Positions 1-10,288 of a stretch of 64,000 bases of DNA are shown here, piece by piece. Each line of letters starts with the position of its first letter. Position 1 is the first letter of the stretch. The position numbers and the translations under genes were made by a program. The notes beneath the pieces are model-generated. The model searched no databases, was not told where the DNA came from, and worked only from the letters and a program-made list of their open reading frames with translations. The stretch is from contig OZ245040.1 in assembly GCA_965224195.1 (NCBI GenBank), positions 1,632,001 to 1,696,000 of the forward strand, written 5' to 3'. Source of the DNA: Nitrosopumilus sp. GTDB taxonomy: Archaea > Thermoproteota > Nitrososphaeria > Nitrososphaerales > Nitrosopumilaceae.

Positions 1-395
1 CTTATCGCAGATTCTAAATTCTTGCTAAATACATCTTGAGTTAATGAAACAAAAATTTTTTTTGTGATATTTGCAGGGATAGAAAAGGTGTCTTTTCCTT
101 TATTTATTTTAACTATATTTAGGATCTCTTTATCTAATAATCGATTTATTCCTACTAAAGAACCTGAAAAATGATAAGGTCTGTCATAAGGATTGATTTG
201 ATTTTCAGAAGATAAAATGGAATGAATAAGCATTGCAGCATATGATTTTCCAGAATTATTAGGACCTACAAAAACGGTCAAGGGTTTTAATTGTATACTT
301 CCTTTTTTTATTGGACCAAAATTTTCTAAATCAACTTTCAAATCAATTTTTACAGAACTTTGAGTTCGTTTTCTACGACTCTCTCTAAAACTCAT
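1..395 (-). CDS. ABC-type/AAA ATPase (AAA_15/AAA_21-like), N-terminal part, runs off window edge
   Basis: Manual translation from ATG at 395: MSFRESRRK...LENFGPIKKGSIQLKPLTVFVGPNNSGKSYAA. The NFGPI motif plus Walker A is typical of defence-associated ABC ATPases. Not in ORF track. Confidence 0.75.
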   Translation of the reverse strand, partial: MSFRESRRKRTQSSVKIDLKVDLENFGPIKKGSIQLKPLTVFVGPNNSGKSYAAMLIHSILSSENQINPYDRPYHFSGSLVGINRLLDKEILNIVKINKGKDTFSIPANITKKIFVSLTQDVFSKNLESAI

Positions 396-536
396 ACTGG
401 CAAATGAATTCTTTCTTTGAAAAACATTTCCATTCTATACTTTGGTCAAAACTAGGCGAATTTCCAACTGATGGTACACTGTTCCAAACTCGGGTCATTT
501 GCCCCTAGTGTTCAATTAGGGACATAGAATATTAAA

Positions 537-758
537 TTAGGTGTTAGAAGGATTACAATACTTGCAATCTTCAAAGTCAAGATTACGATTAGAAGATAAT
601 AAACTTGCTATCAGTCTGGCATTTTGATATGTAGGAGCATAAAACCACTCATAATCATTTCTTTCGTGTTGTTTATCATAATTACATTCTTCTTTGTGTA
701 TTTTTATCTCTGTAGCGTCTACCACATCCGAACATATTGCAAATTTACATTCTACCAT
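537..758 (-). CDS. small Cys-containing hypothetical protein
   Basis: 73-aa ORF with C-terminal CKYC, co-oriented with neighbours. Confidence 0.4.
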   Translation of the reverse strand: MVECKFAICSDVVDATEIKIHKEECNYDKQHERNDYEWFYAPTYQNARLIASLLSSNRNLDFEDCKYCNPSNT

Positions 759-787
759 GAAATATGATTATCTAACTTGGTAAAAAA

Positions 788-1069
788 TTAAGAGTTCATC
801 CTCAACCAACAACTATCCTTGCCATTAGATAGCCATGCAAACTTGTGTAGTCTCAAAATATCATTAATTTCTCTCCAAATCTGTGTGTCAATCCATCCTC
901 TAGGGGAAACTTTGATTGAATCACCTTCATTGATTATTGTAACCTTCTTAATTCTCTTTCCAAGATTGTTTACAAAGTTTACTTTGATTCCAGACAGTTT
1001 TATCAAATTACGATACTTGTTATCTAAGATCAAGATTAATTCCTGCTGACTGAGCTGGTGTCTTGCCAT
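788..1069 (-). CDS. hypothetical protein
   Basis: 93-aa ATG ORF, co-oriented with neighbours. Confidence 0.5.
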   Translation of the reverse strand: MARHQLSQQELILILDNKYRNLIKLSGIKVNFVNNLGKRIKKVTIINEGDSIKVSPRGWIDTQIWREINDILRLHKFAWLSNGKDSCWLRMNS

Positions 1070-1296
1070 CTAACCCCTTATGTGGTTTTACAAAGTTATG
1101 ATTGATTTTAAACAACTCTTCAAATTTTTGATCAGAGGTGTATGGAGAAAATTAAATACACTGTCAATTCTTAGGGACATTTCATTTTCTTGATTTTGAG
1201 ATACAACAACAAAAATGTAATGCTTTTTCATCATTACTTGATTATGTGCCAGTGGTGAATAATTGGTAACCGCCAAAAACTATTACAAAAATTAAT

Positions 1297-2949
1297 TTAT
1301 TTTAACAAGTTTAATGTATCATCATATGCTCTTGGCAAAATTTTTTGGGTTTTGGATATCAAAAAATTGATTGCAGAATCAAGCACGTATGTTTCTGCAT
1401 GATCAGTTTCACTTCTTATTGAGCGGCCAAAACCTTGGAGTAATTTCATGAGAGTTTGTGAGTCATACCATAATGGGAATCTTTTCATTTTCTGTACTGT
1501 TCGTTTTTCTGTCAGTGGCAAGTAAGGAATTTTGGCAATTATCTGGAATCTGGATAATTCATCTTTCAAATCCACTCCCTCCCATAATGAAGAAGAAAGT
1601 AATACGCTGGCTTGATCATTTTCATGCTCTTTTAGTATCTGATTTTGGGTTTTTTGTCCAGGATTTTGAGCATGGCAAATTTTGACACGGTTACGATTTT
1701 TAGGGGGCAGGTGTTTCTTGATAAAAGTGCAGCTGGCTACAGACGATGTGAGTATCAGGCCTCTCTCTGTAGAATGCTTGGTTAGCAATTCGTCAATTTT
1801 TGTAACAATGCACATTTTGTCTTCAAAAGTAGAACGGCTGTTCATTTGTTTGATGTTTAAAAAATTCACTCTTCTGTTTTTTAATGGAAACGGCGATTTT
1901 GGGGTATCAATAAATGCAACCTTTGATTCATCAAAGCCCATTATTTCACAAAAACTTTTTCTGTCGATAGTTGCAGACATGAAGATCTGATGCTCAGTAT
2001 CAAAAAAATATTCAATGAAATTTGATATGTCTAGGGGTTTAATTTCAACATGATCAAAATTGCCATCAATGTCTTTTTGCGGTTCATTTATTACAAAATT
2101 CTCTTTATCTTTAGAGATATTTCCATGGGTTCTTGCTGCTTTTTCTAACTGATCTGTATATCTTGAGTATTTTTTATGGTCTTTATCATTTTCATCCTCC
2201 ATCCTACGTAATAATTCAGCATATGTTTTTCTCATACTGTCCAATAAATCCAAAATGGCCTCTATTTTTTGAATATCATACCTTGTTACATCAATTTTAC
2301 ATTCGTCTAATTGCTTTTTTGTGATTTTTGTCCCAATAAAATTAATAATTTGCTCTTCAATTTTATGAGATTCGTCAAAAATTGAAACACTTTTTCCAAT
2401 ATATTTTGCAAATGCTTTTTTGTTAAGCATTAGTTGAAAGAAAGAAGAATAATTCCACAAAGAGTGATCAGATGTTAATGCAACATATTTTTGTACGTAA
2501 TAATCACACATATTGGCAGGTTTTCCTTCAACCTCAATTTCTTCAATATTTGGCTTGTGTTCGCAGTGCTTTACGCCCGTTCCTGTTTTTCCCTCTTCAC
2601 ATTTTCCTTTTTCACAGGTAAGCTGCATAGTAGATGCCAAAATCGGATCTTCAATCTTTTTTTCATTCATTAGTTTAAGGCATGGAAAATTTGATTTTCC
2701 CTTTACTGGACATAGTATTGGATAGTCATCACTGTATTGATCCTGGAGATGTTTTGATGCAGTAACTATGAATGAATTTTTAAAATACTGTGCCAGTGTA
2801 ATCCCTATAGCCGATTTACCCGCTCCTGTAGGCGCTGAAACAATAATTTTTTTGTATCCGGAATTGATCTTTTCTTCTATTTCACTAATGATCTCTTCTT
2901 GAATTTTTCTTGGGACTAGTATTTGGGGGAAATATTTTAACATGGACAA
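1297..2949 (-). CDS. DinG/XPD-family (helicase C2) SF2 helicase
   Basis: APTGAGKS Walker A, KGKSNFPC plus Cys cluster (Fe-S), DESH box, SAT, WEGVD, QGFGRSIRS motifs. Confidence 0.9.
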   Translation of the reverse strand: MSMLKYFPQILVPRKIQEEIISEIEEKINSGYKKIIVSAPTGAGKSAIGITLAQYFKNSFIVTASKHLQDQYSDDYPILCPVKGKSNFPCLKLMNEKKIEDPILASTMQLTCEKGKCEEGKTGTGVKHCEHKPNIEEIEVEGKPANMCDYYVQKYVALTSDHSLWNYSSFFQLMLNKKAFAKYIGKSVSIFDESHKIEEQIINFIGTKITKKQLDECKIDVTRYDIQKIEAILDLLDSMRKTYAELLRRMEDENDKDHKKYSRYTDQLEKAARTHGNISKDKENFVINEPQKDIDGNFDHVEIKPLDISNFIEYFFDTEHQIFMSATIDRKSFCEIMGFDESKVAFIDTPKSPFPLKNRRVNFLNIKQMNSRSTFEDKMCIVTKIDELLTKHSTERGLILTSSVASCTFIKKHLPPKNRNRVKICHAQNPGQKTQNQILKEHENDQASVLLSSSLWEGVDLKDELSRFQIIAKIPYLPLTEKRTVQKMKRFPLWYDSQTLMKLLQGFGRSIRSETDHAETYVLDSAINFLISKTQKILPRAYDDTLNLLK

Positions 2950-3196
2950 GTATTGTTTTTGAGATTTGTAAATATTTTAGAGTTACTACAACGTTCTCAA
3001 TTGATTTAAGATCCACTGACTTTACTAAGATCATAGATTCTGATGTATTCTAGTGGACTGATTACTGTTTTGCACCAGAACTCAAGGAAAATTCAATTTG
3101 AAGAAGATCCGTATTTCAGGTCTTGATTACTTGACAGAGCCTAAAATTGTGGATCTTTTTTATCAATTCTACTGCTTTTTGAATATTTGCAATTTA

Positions 3197-4978
3197 TTAT
3201 TCATCTTCAAAATAGGAATCATTCATTTCTTCATTTGGTCTTAAATCGTTCCAAAGAACAAATATTCTATATAAATCACTTTTCTCTTTATCATTACATA
3301 GTATTTTGATTTTGTTTATTTCATCACATTGTGTTTGTGAGAGATAAAACTTATGTCTATCAAACCAATACATTATGTCATGATATTCTTCACTGTCAAG
3401 AATTTTTTCTTCAGATTGAATTCTTAATTTATTCAAATATTTCTCAATTTCATTTTTTTTAATTTTAGGTAATAATTCCGGATATAAATCGACCATGCCA
3501 TCTTCTGATATGATTACTGCTACACATTTTTTGTTATTCTTTTCAACATATTTGACTGCTGAATTATATCTTGCACCTCTTGCAGAATTCCCTTTATTTG
3601 TAGCAATACCATCTAATATTACCCCTATTGAATGACAAATACTATGTGTATCAAGTATCACTGCACCGTCAATTGAAGTCACATTTCTTACCAATGATTC
3701 ATTTAACATAGTTGATTCAATGTTTATTGATTGATTTGCTAATCTAACGGCTTCTTTTTCTGCTTCATTTGAAATAATCAATAACGCACCATGCTTTTGT
3801 ATCATCGCAGTATCTACTATTTTTCTTAAATTTTCAATATCTTTTATTGAAATATTTACAAATACACGTTTTAACAAATCTTCAAAAACTTCCTGTTTGA
3901 TTTTTACTTTCGGTATTCTGGGATTTGTGTGTTCTACTATTAACATAGTGTGATTTCCATGCTCCAGTTCCCATTTATGAGAACCGCTGAAATTGACTTT
4001 TGCAAGATCTTGATTCTTTTTATCATATTCTCCTTTCATCTTGCCTAGTCCCAAAATTTCTAATCCGTTACTACACAATGACAAATCTCTTGCTGCAATT
4101 TCTAACAATTTTCGAATTTTTCTGTATTCCGATAATTTGACAGGAATTGCTAATTTTATAGATAATTCTAGATTTGGATGTGTTTCTTTACAAACAATCA
4201 TCTTTCCTATACTTGAATCTCCTTCGTATTTTAACGAAGAAACATAATTGCATGTATTCAAAAATTGCCAAGGTTCCCTTGATTCACATACTGTAGATAT
4301 TACTGAACTGACAAAATTTGATGCTGCAATTCTCATTACTTCTTTTTTATCTGTCCTGATGAATTGTGGATCTGTAGCTGCTCTTGGCCTATACATTGTA
4401 TCTAATGACTCTTCTAAAAATGCCCGTATTAGAGAATCAAGCAATGATACATTCGAAAACCTATCTGTTTTCTTTAATCCGTAAAATGAATCGTAGATAT
4501 TTTCTTCAAATTGTAATATTATAAAAATTTCATAACCTTCAAGATGCACAGATTGAGATACAAATGATATTATTTTTTCTCTTTCAAAATTTTCATCTAT
4601 TAATTGCTGTACTGCACTTCGTACAGAGTCTCTTTTTATTTTGTTATGGTGATTTTCATGAATGTATGGCATTCCATGAAATATGTTTCGCCTTCCATCT
4701 TTCTCCCAAATTGAATTGGTCACATTATCTACATTATTAAATAATTCAATATTAACTCCACAATCTTCTGGTTGTATGCAAACAGGATATTGAATATGTT
4801 TTATCTCTTCTTTTTTATCTCGCAAAATCCCTAACAAAAATACTTTGGGTTTTAATTTTGATGAAATTTCTTGAAATAATTCATTGGCATATAATTGGAG
4901 TGAGCCTTGTGTTGAATGTTGATGTGCCCACATAAAATATTGTAAGGGAGTACCGTAATCTCTAATACCGTCAAACAT
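3197..4978 (-). CDS. diadenylate cyclase (DisA_N/DAC) domain protein with large N-terminal putative sensor region
   Basis: KHGALLII, TSIDGAVILD (DGA motif) and RGARYNSA (RHR-equivalent), followed by ISEDG, in the C-terminal third. Confidence 0.85.
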   Translation of the reverse strand: MFDGIRDYGTPLQYFMWAHQHSTQGSLQLYANELFQEISSKLKPKVFLLGILRDKKEEIKHIQYPVCIQPEDCGVNIELFNNVDNVTNSIWEKDGRRNIFHGMPYIHENHHNKIKRDSVRSAVQQLIDENFEREKIISFVSQSVHLEGYEIFIILQFEENIYDSFYGLKKTDRFSNVSLLDSLIRAFLEESLDTMYRPRAATDPQFIRTDKKEVMRIAASNFVSSVISTVCESREPWQFLNTCNYVSSLKYEGDSSIGKMIVCKETHPNLELSIKLAIPVKLSEYRKIRKLLEIAARDLSLCSNGLEILGLGKMKGEYDKKNQDLAKVNFSGSHKWELEHGNHTMLIVEHTNPRIPKVKIKQEVFEDLLKRVFVNISIKDIENLRKIVDTAMIQKHGALLIISNEAEKEAVRLANQSINIESTMLNESLVRNVTSIDGAVILDTHSICHSIGVILDGIATNKGNSARGARYNSAVKYVEKNNKKCVAVIISEDGMVDLYPELLPKIKKNEIEKYLNKLRIQSEEKILDSEEYHDIMYWFDRHKFYLSQTQCDEINKIKILCNDKEKSDLYRIFVLWNDLRPNEEMNDSYFEDE

Positions 4979-5034
4979 TCTCTTCTGATTTCTAAATTGA
5001 TCTTAATAATAATTTAATTTTCAGATTCCGTAAT

Positions 5035-5904
5035 TAACGAATCTTAAAACTAACCATTTAGACAGCTTTTGAAGATCATCGGGATTCATGAATAATACAA
5101 TTTACAATAATTTCATGCAATTTACAGAACTGACTGACAAGCAATGGAAAATGACAGACCGGCACATCTCAAAACCTGCTACTACAGGACATCCACAAAG
5201 CAATGACAGAATGGTTTTAAACGGAATCATCCATGTTTTGATTTCTGGATACAGGTGGAGTGAGATGCCAAAAAAATACGGCGATGATTCAACTGCCAAT
5301 CTGAGATTACACAAATGGTAGCAAAAGGGAATTTGGAAAAGGATTCTCAAATGTGTAATAAAATCTGCACATAAACAAAACAAGGTTAATCTGAAAAAAA
5401 TATCAGCTGGTTCATCATCAATTCCAAACAAAAAAGGGGCAGCATGATTAGGTATGACGGGTTCAAAAGAACGGCAGGCACAAAGATACATGTTGCAGCA
5501 GATGGTGGCGGTTTGCCAATTTCAATTAGAACCAGTTTTGCAAATATTCATGACAGTACGAAATTCATTGATGTGATGGAAAACATTTCAGAATGTTTGG
5601 ATGGATTCATGATGGAAGAAATTGTGGCAGCCTGTGCTGAGAAGGTATATGACAGTATGACAATCAAAAATTATCTGAGAGACAGAAGCATCATTCCATG
5701 TATTCCAAAAAGAAACTTCAAGAAAACCAATAAAAAAAAATACAGTTACAAAAACTACAAGATTTGTAGTTGAGGGATTCTTTGCTTGGCTCAAAAATGG
5801 ATTCCATAGAACAACAATCAGATATGAAAGAGTAGCAGAAAATTATCTGGCATTTGTTAACATTACATCATTTTTGATGTATTGCAGGGTTTTGAGATGA
5901 GTTG
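5035..5904 (+). mobile_element. IS5-family insertion sequence, decayed (copy 1 of family A)
   Basis: Transposase fragments 5088-5321 and 5444-5773 (LTDKQW..., W.EMPKKYG, GTKIHVA, ANIHD). Right TIR GTTTTGAGATGAGTTG 5889-5904, degenerate left TIR 5035-5050. Internal stops and frameshifts. Confidence 0.85.
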
Positions 5905-6101
5905 ATCTTACAGAAGAACTTGGGAGTGGCATTGACGATATCATCACAACTACTGATTGTTTTATTGCAACATTGGATTATTTGGAACGTGGGTAGAGGA
6001 ATACTCATGCCAATTAATGTGAATTTCAGATTAGTTGGATCTTTAGGCATAAACATCATTTTTCGAAAATTTATAAGGCATATGATGTATACTATACACA
6101 A

Positions 6102-6245
6102 ATGGCATTAAGAGAAATTCTACCATTGGAAGAAAAAGATTGGAATGCACTAATAAATGATTTAGAGCAAGGTCAAACCGAAGAACAATCTGATTTCTTA
6201 CAGGAGTCTCTTAAACATGCAAATAGCCTCAAGATTTCTAGATAA
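6102..6245 (+). CDS. 47-aa putative antitoxin resembling the C-terminal part of DUF1778/TacA-AtaR
   Basis: MALREILPLEEKDWNALINDLEQGQTEEQSDFLQESLKHANSLKISR; stops 3 bp before the GNAT start; below ORF-track cutoff. Confidence 0.6.
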   Translation: MALREILPLEEKDWNALINDLEQGQTEEQSDFLQESLKHANSLKISR

Positions 6246-6248
6246 TAA

Positions 6249-6776
6249 TTGTCTAAACCTGAAATTGATTTTGATAAAATAGTAGTCACACGTCTTAGTG
6301 AAACCACTGTTGGTATTGATAGCTTTAAGAATTCAAAACAAGAAATGGTAGATCATATTCAAAAGGAAGCACTTAGAGATCAACATCTAAAAATTGGAAC
6401 TACTTGGGTTTGGGTTTATGATAATAAAATTGCGCTGGGATATATTTCACTTGCAATGTATTCAATAGATAAAAAAGACATTCTACATAATCAAGATGAA
6501 TCAGCACAAAAATATCCATATGGGACTATTCCTTCTTTATTAATTGGTCAAATTGCAACTCATCATGATTATGAGTGTAATAAAATTGGACAATCTATGG
6601 TTTCTTGGGCAATTAAACAGGCATTTGAATATTCAAAAGAAGTTGGTTGTAGAACTGTTGCGCTTCATCCACATGAAGATGTAATTGAATGGTATAGTAA
6701 GAAATTAAAATTCAAACATATCAAAAGAGACAACAAACAAGATGTAATGTATTTCAACCTTCTAAAAAAATCTTAA
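6249..6776 (+). CDS. GNAT acetyltransferase, AtaT/TacT-like toxin
   Basis: LGYISL, IPSLLIGQIATHHDYECNKIGQSMV, VGCRTVAL..., WY...F pattern of GNAT TA toxins. Confidence 0.8.
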   Translation: MSKPEIDFDKIVVTRLSETTVGIDSFKNSKQEMVDHIQKEALRDQHLKIGTTWVWVYDNKIALGYISLAMYSIDKKDILHNQDESAQKYPYGTIPSLLIGQIATHHDYECNKIGQSMVSWAIKQAFEYSKEVGCRTVALHPHEDVIEWYSKKLKFKHIKRDNKQDVMYFNLLKKS

Positions 6777-7036
6777 TTTTTTTGTTACTCTTGTATATTT
6801 ACGTCACATTGCTAATTCACAATATTTTTTTTCCAAGTTTCGAAACTCAAATAAAATCCAGAGCCTTTTTTGAGCGTTTTTGGCCAACCCCATCTTCCAT
6901 TAGAGCAAGGATTTGAAACAGACCCAAGCTGGTCTTTGACACTTGGGCATACTCATCTAAAACAAAGCATAAACACATGAAGCAACAAATTACCATAGTT
7001 GAATCTTGCAGAGTTTGCAGGCAGGTGCCACATTAC

Positions 7037-7992
7037 CAACTCATCTCAAAACAGATCATTTAGTGAATAATTGATGATCTATGAACAACAATATCTCAAA
7101 TCAATTCATGAAATTCAAAGAATTGACAGGCAAACAGTGGGAAATGATGGAATCATGTGTTCCTCCACCTGCAAAAACTGGCAGGCCAAGAGATGCAGAC
7201 AGAAAAATCATCAACGGAATCATTTATGTTCTGACAACTGGATGCAGATGTGATGACATGCCAAAAAAATACGGCGATGACTCCACTGCAAACAGGAGAT
7301 TAAACTCTTGGCAGCAGAAAGGAATCTGGAAAAAGATTCTCAAATGTATAACTGCATCTGCAAACAAATCAGGCAAGCTAAACCTACAAAAGATATCAGT
7401 TGACTCATCATCAATTCCTGCCAAAAAAGGGAGAGATGTCATAGGATTTGACGGATTCAAGAAAATAACAGGCACAAAAATACATGTTGCAGCAAGTAAA
7501 AGAAAGAGCTAAAGAAAGACAAAAAATACAAGAAAATAACAGGCACAAAAATACATGTTGCAGCAGGGCAAAACGGCTTGCCAGTATCAATTGTGTGCAG
7601 TCCTGCAAATATTCATGACAGTACAAAATTCATTGACGTTATGGAACCTGTTTCAGATTTTGTAGATTGTAATTCCATCAGACAGATTGTATCTTGCTTT
7701 GCAGACAAGGGCTATGATGCAAAGTACATCAGAAATTACCTGAGAGACAGCGGCATTGATTATTGCATTCCATACAAAAAGAATTCAAGGATTATTTTAC
7801 AAGACAACATACAAAATAACGGTTGCAGCAATTACAACAAGACAAGATTTGTTGTAGTGAAGAGATTCCTTGCTTGGCTGAAGAATGGATCTCATAGGAC
7901 AGGAATCAGATACGAAAAGAGCTGTGAGAATTATTTATCATTTGTTTGCTTGGCATCAATTCTGATGTATTGGGGGGTATTGGGATGAGTTG
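7037..7992 (+). mobile_element. IS5-family insertion sequence (copy 2 of family A), transposase interrupted by 71-bp insertion
   Basis: TIRs CAACTCATCTCAAAAC (7037-7052) and GTATTGGGATGAGTTG (7977-7992), 14/16 match. Transposase pieces 7081-7512 and 7578-7988 (VDSS, ADKGYD). Confidence 0.9.
7458..7565. repeat. exact 37-bp direct repeat flanking a unique 34-bp insert
   Basis: CAAGAAAATAACAGGCACAAAAATACATGTTGCAGCA at 7458-7494 and 7529-7565; insert 7495-7528. Confidence 0.95.
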
Positions 7993-8780
7993 AATATCTG
8001 TCCAAATATGTTCCAGATGGCTCATACATCAAAATACAATATTGGATACTTTCTTCAAAATTATCATTTGCAGAAATAAAGAAATTGTCATTTGAGTCAG
8101 TATCAAAGTTACGATAATTAGTAAATGTGTTACCTAGGATTGATTCTAAAGTTACAACATTTTGAATTATTCCATTTTTGTCATATGTGGTAATTACGGG
8201 TTCAAAAACAGATAATGCTTGTATATGTCCAGAATCAATTACATTAATCCAAGATCGTACTCCAAACGAAGCAATAGGAGCATAATTTTCATCAAAAAAA
8301 AATACGGCATTAGTATCAGTAACATAAACAGTTCCATCAGAAGCAACCTCAACATCAAATGGATTTTGGATTTGAGGTGTAGTTATAGTTGTTACAAAAT
8401 CACCGTCAGAATTAAAAACTAAAGTTCTAACCCCAGAGATTCTGCAAGATAGATATTTCCCAAAGAATCAGCAGCAATTCCATTCAATCCAGAATGAAGG
8501 TTATCTCAGAATTTTGTCCATCGATAAATAATATAAGATTTTTGTCTAAATCAAAAACTTGAATTCCAGTAAAATGTTGAACAGTATACAATAATCCAGA
8601 ATCATCAAGATGCATATCTGTTGCTCGAACTATTTGATCATTTTGATTAATCAAATCAAAGGTATTCAATAGATTGAATTCCAACTCTTCAGCAAATGCT
8701 TCTGAAAAACCAATAATTCCTATAGATAAAATTCCAAATAAGACAGAAAGAATGGCCTTGTTTAACATGGATATATTCAT
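7993..8780 (-). pseudogene. secreted NHL/beta-propeller surface protein, frameshifted and truncated by the IS5
   Basis: Signal peptide (…FSEAFAE). After a frameshift near 8500 it reads GIAADSLGNIYLAE, PFDVEVASDGTVYVTD (NHL-like blades) up to the IS end. Confidence 0.7.
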
Positions 8781-9020
8781 GAAAGTATGAACTTCATTTA
8801 AGGATGTTCAATCACATTAGTCATAAAATAATCAAAAAAATATCAAGTTTTAAAATCTAAATTAAACAAATGATTACTCAAGAAAGAGAGTCCTTCAAAT
8901 ATCATAATCCCCTAGTTAGAATATGATAAAAAATAACCATGGATTTTGTAATGATGTTTCTTGCAAATGTGACTGCCATGAGGGATCAAGTTTTAGAAGA
9001 GGGAATAGGAAAAGACAGTA

Positions 9021-9257
9021 TTGTTAGAAAAACAATTCAATCCAGAGATGCTGTATAATAGAATAGTTCATTTCTATATAGATAAAAAAGGATTTTCAAA
9101 AGACAAGGCAAATGAAATTGCCCAAACAGTGGTACAAAAAGAAGCTATACGAAGAATTTGTAAAAATGAAAAATGTAAACACTTTTCCCATGATCATATT
9201 AGAAATGCAGAGACATGTCTAGTAGATAATTGTGAATGTAATGAATTTACTAAGTAA
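9021..9257 (+). CDS. small hypothetical protein with C-terminal Cys/His cluster
   Basis: 78-aa ORF, C..C.H...H...C...C.C..F, at start of core block. Confidence 0.7.
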   Translation: MLEKQFNPEMLYNRIVHFYIDKKGFSKDKANEIAQTVVQKEAIRRICKNEKCKHFSHDHIRNAETCLVDNCECNEFTK

Positions 9258-10278
9258 AATCATCTAACGAATTTTCAAGTAATGGCTGTGCACTAATTCC
9301 TCTTTTCCGCAAGTCTTCTGCAAACTCATCTACAAATCCATGTATTGTGTATACTTGTTCAGCCCCAGATTGTACAACCATATCAATTAACTCTGTGTAA
9401 TCACAATGATCACTCATTGGAAATGAATAATCAGTTCGCCTCCCAAAAGAATACTTCATTGATTGTGCCCATCCACTAAATCCAATTGTTACTGCACCAT
9501 ATTTTAATTTCATATCTTGAACAAATTTATTTTTACTGGACATCATTGGTGCAACCATAACCCAAGGCTTTTTTTCAAGTAAACCATTTTTTTCAGCCTC
9601 AGTATGTCCAATTCCATCATTTAGAGATACCCCAAATTTTTGATGTAATGTATTCATGTCTTTAACAGAATCATGAAGATATAATGGACCCCAGTGGCCA
9701 AAAAACTGTGTGATGGTTTGGGCTTTGCCTAATTGATAGCCCATTAAAATTACAGGGACACCCTTTCCATAAAGTTCAGAAATTAGTTCATTTACTTGTT
9801 TTAGAATATTCTCAAGTTTTGGAAAAACAAATTCAGGTAGACCAAATGTGCATTCAGTGATTAGAGTTTTACACTTTGGGATTTTAGCACCCTTTAGAAA
9901 TCCACGATCTCTAGTACAAACATCTCCAGTGTAAAAAATATCATCAAAAAGCAATCCTTTGGCACCTAAAATATGGCCACTATCAATTAGAGAGAAATCA
10001 TCAAGAGAATCAACGTGATTTTCCATCTTAAATCCTCGAATATTAGCTATTTCATTAGTCTCAATAGAGGATAGAATAGTTCCTCCATTTTTTGAAGGGA
10101 GATGATCAGAATGTGCATGAGATACAAAATTTATTCCATTTATATCACTATTTTTTGGATCTAAGAAAACTCGTTTATCATCAACCTCACACAGGATTCC
10201 ATTTTTTGTCATCCTGACTTTACTAGGCAATGAAAACAAAATTGGATAGATTTGATATAAATTGCAGGTTTGATCCAC
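9250..10278 (-). CDS. metallo-beta-lactamase-fold exonuclease (true start probably MTKNG near 10212)
   Basis: SHAHSDH, SGHILG, YTGD, TECTFG, SDHCD, TIHG motifs. Confidence 0.9.
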   Translation of the reverse strand: MDQTCNLYQIYPILFSLPSKVRMTKNGILCEVDDKRVFLDPKNSDINGINFVSHAHSDHLPSKNGGTILSSIETNEIANIRGFKMENHVDSLDDFSLIDSGHILGAKGLLFDDIFYTGDVCTRDRGFLKGAKIPKCKTLITECTFGLPEFVFPKLENILKQVNELISELYGKGVPVILMGYQLGKAQTITQFFGHWGPLYLHDSVKDMNTLHQKFGVSLNDGIGHTEAEKNGLLEKKPWVMVAPMMSSKNKFVQDMKLKYGAVTIGFSGWAQSMKYSFGRRTDYSFPMSDHCDYTELIDMVVQSGAEQVYTIHGFVDEFAEDLRKRGISAQPLLENSLDDFT

Positions 10279-10288
10279 TATTGACTAG

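Noticed and set aside
2998-3170. Imperfect inverted repeat (AAGATCCAC/GTGGATCTT) and an IS-end-like GACAGAGCC as a MITE
   Set aside because: Short, gapped match with no second copy or TSD in the window.
6841-7036. Possible transposase remnant (LNLAEFAGR) left of the IS5
   Set aside because: Too short and degenerate to support a call.
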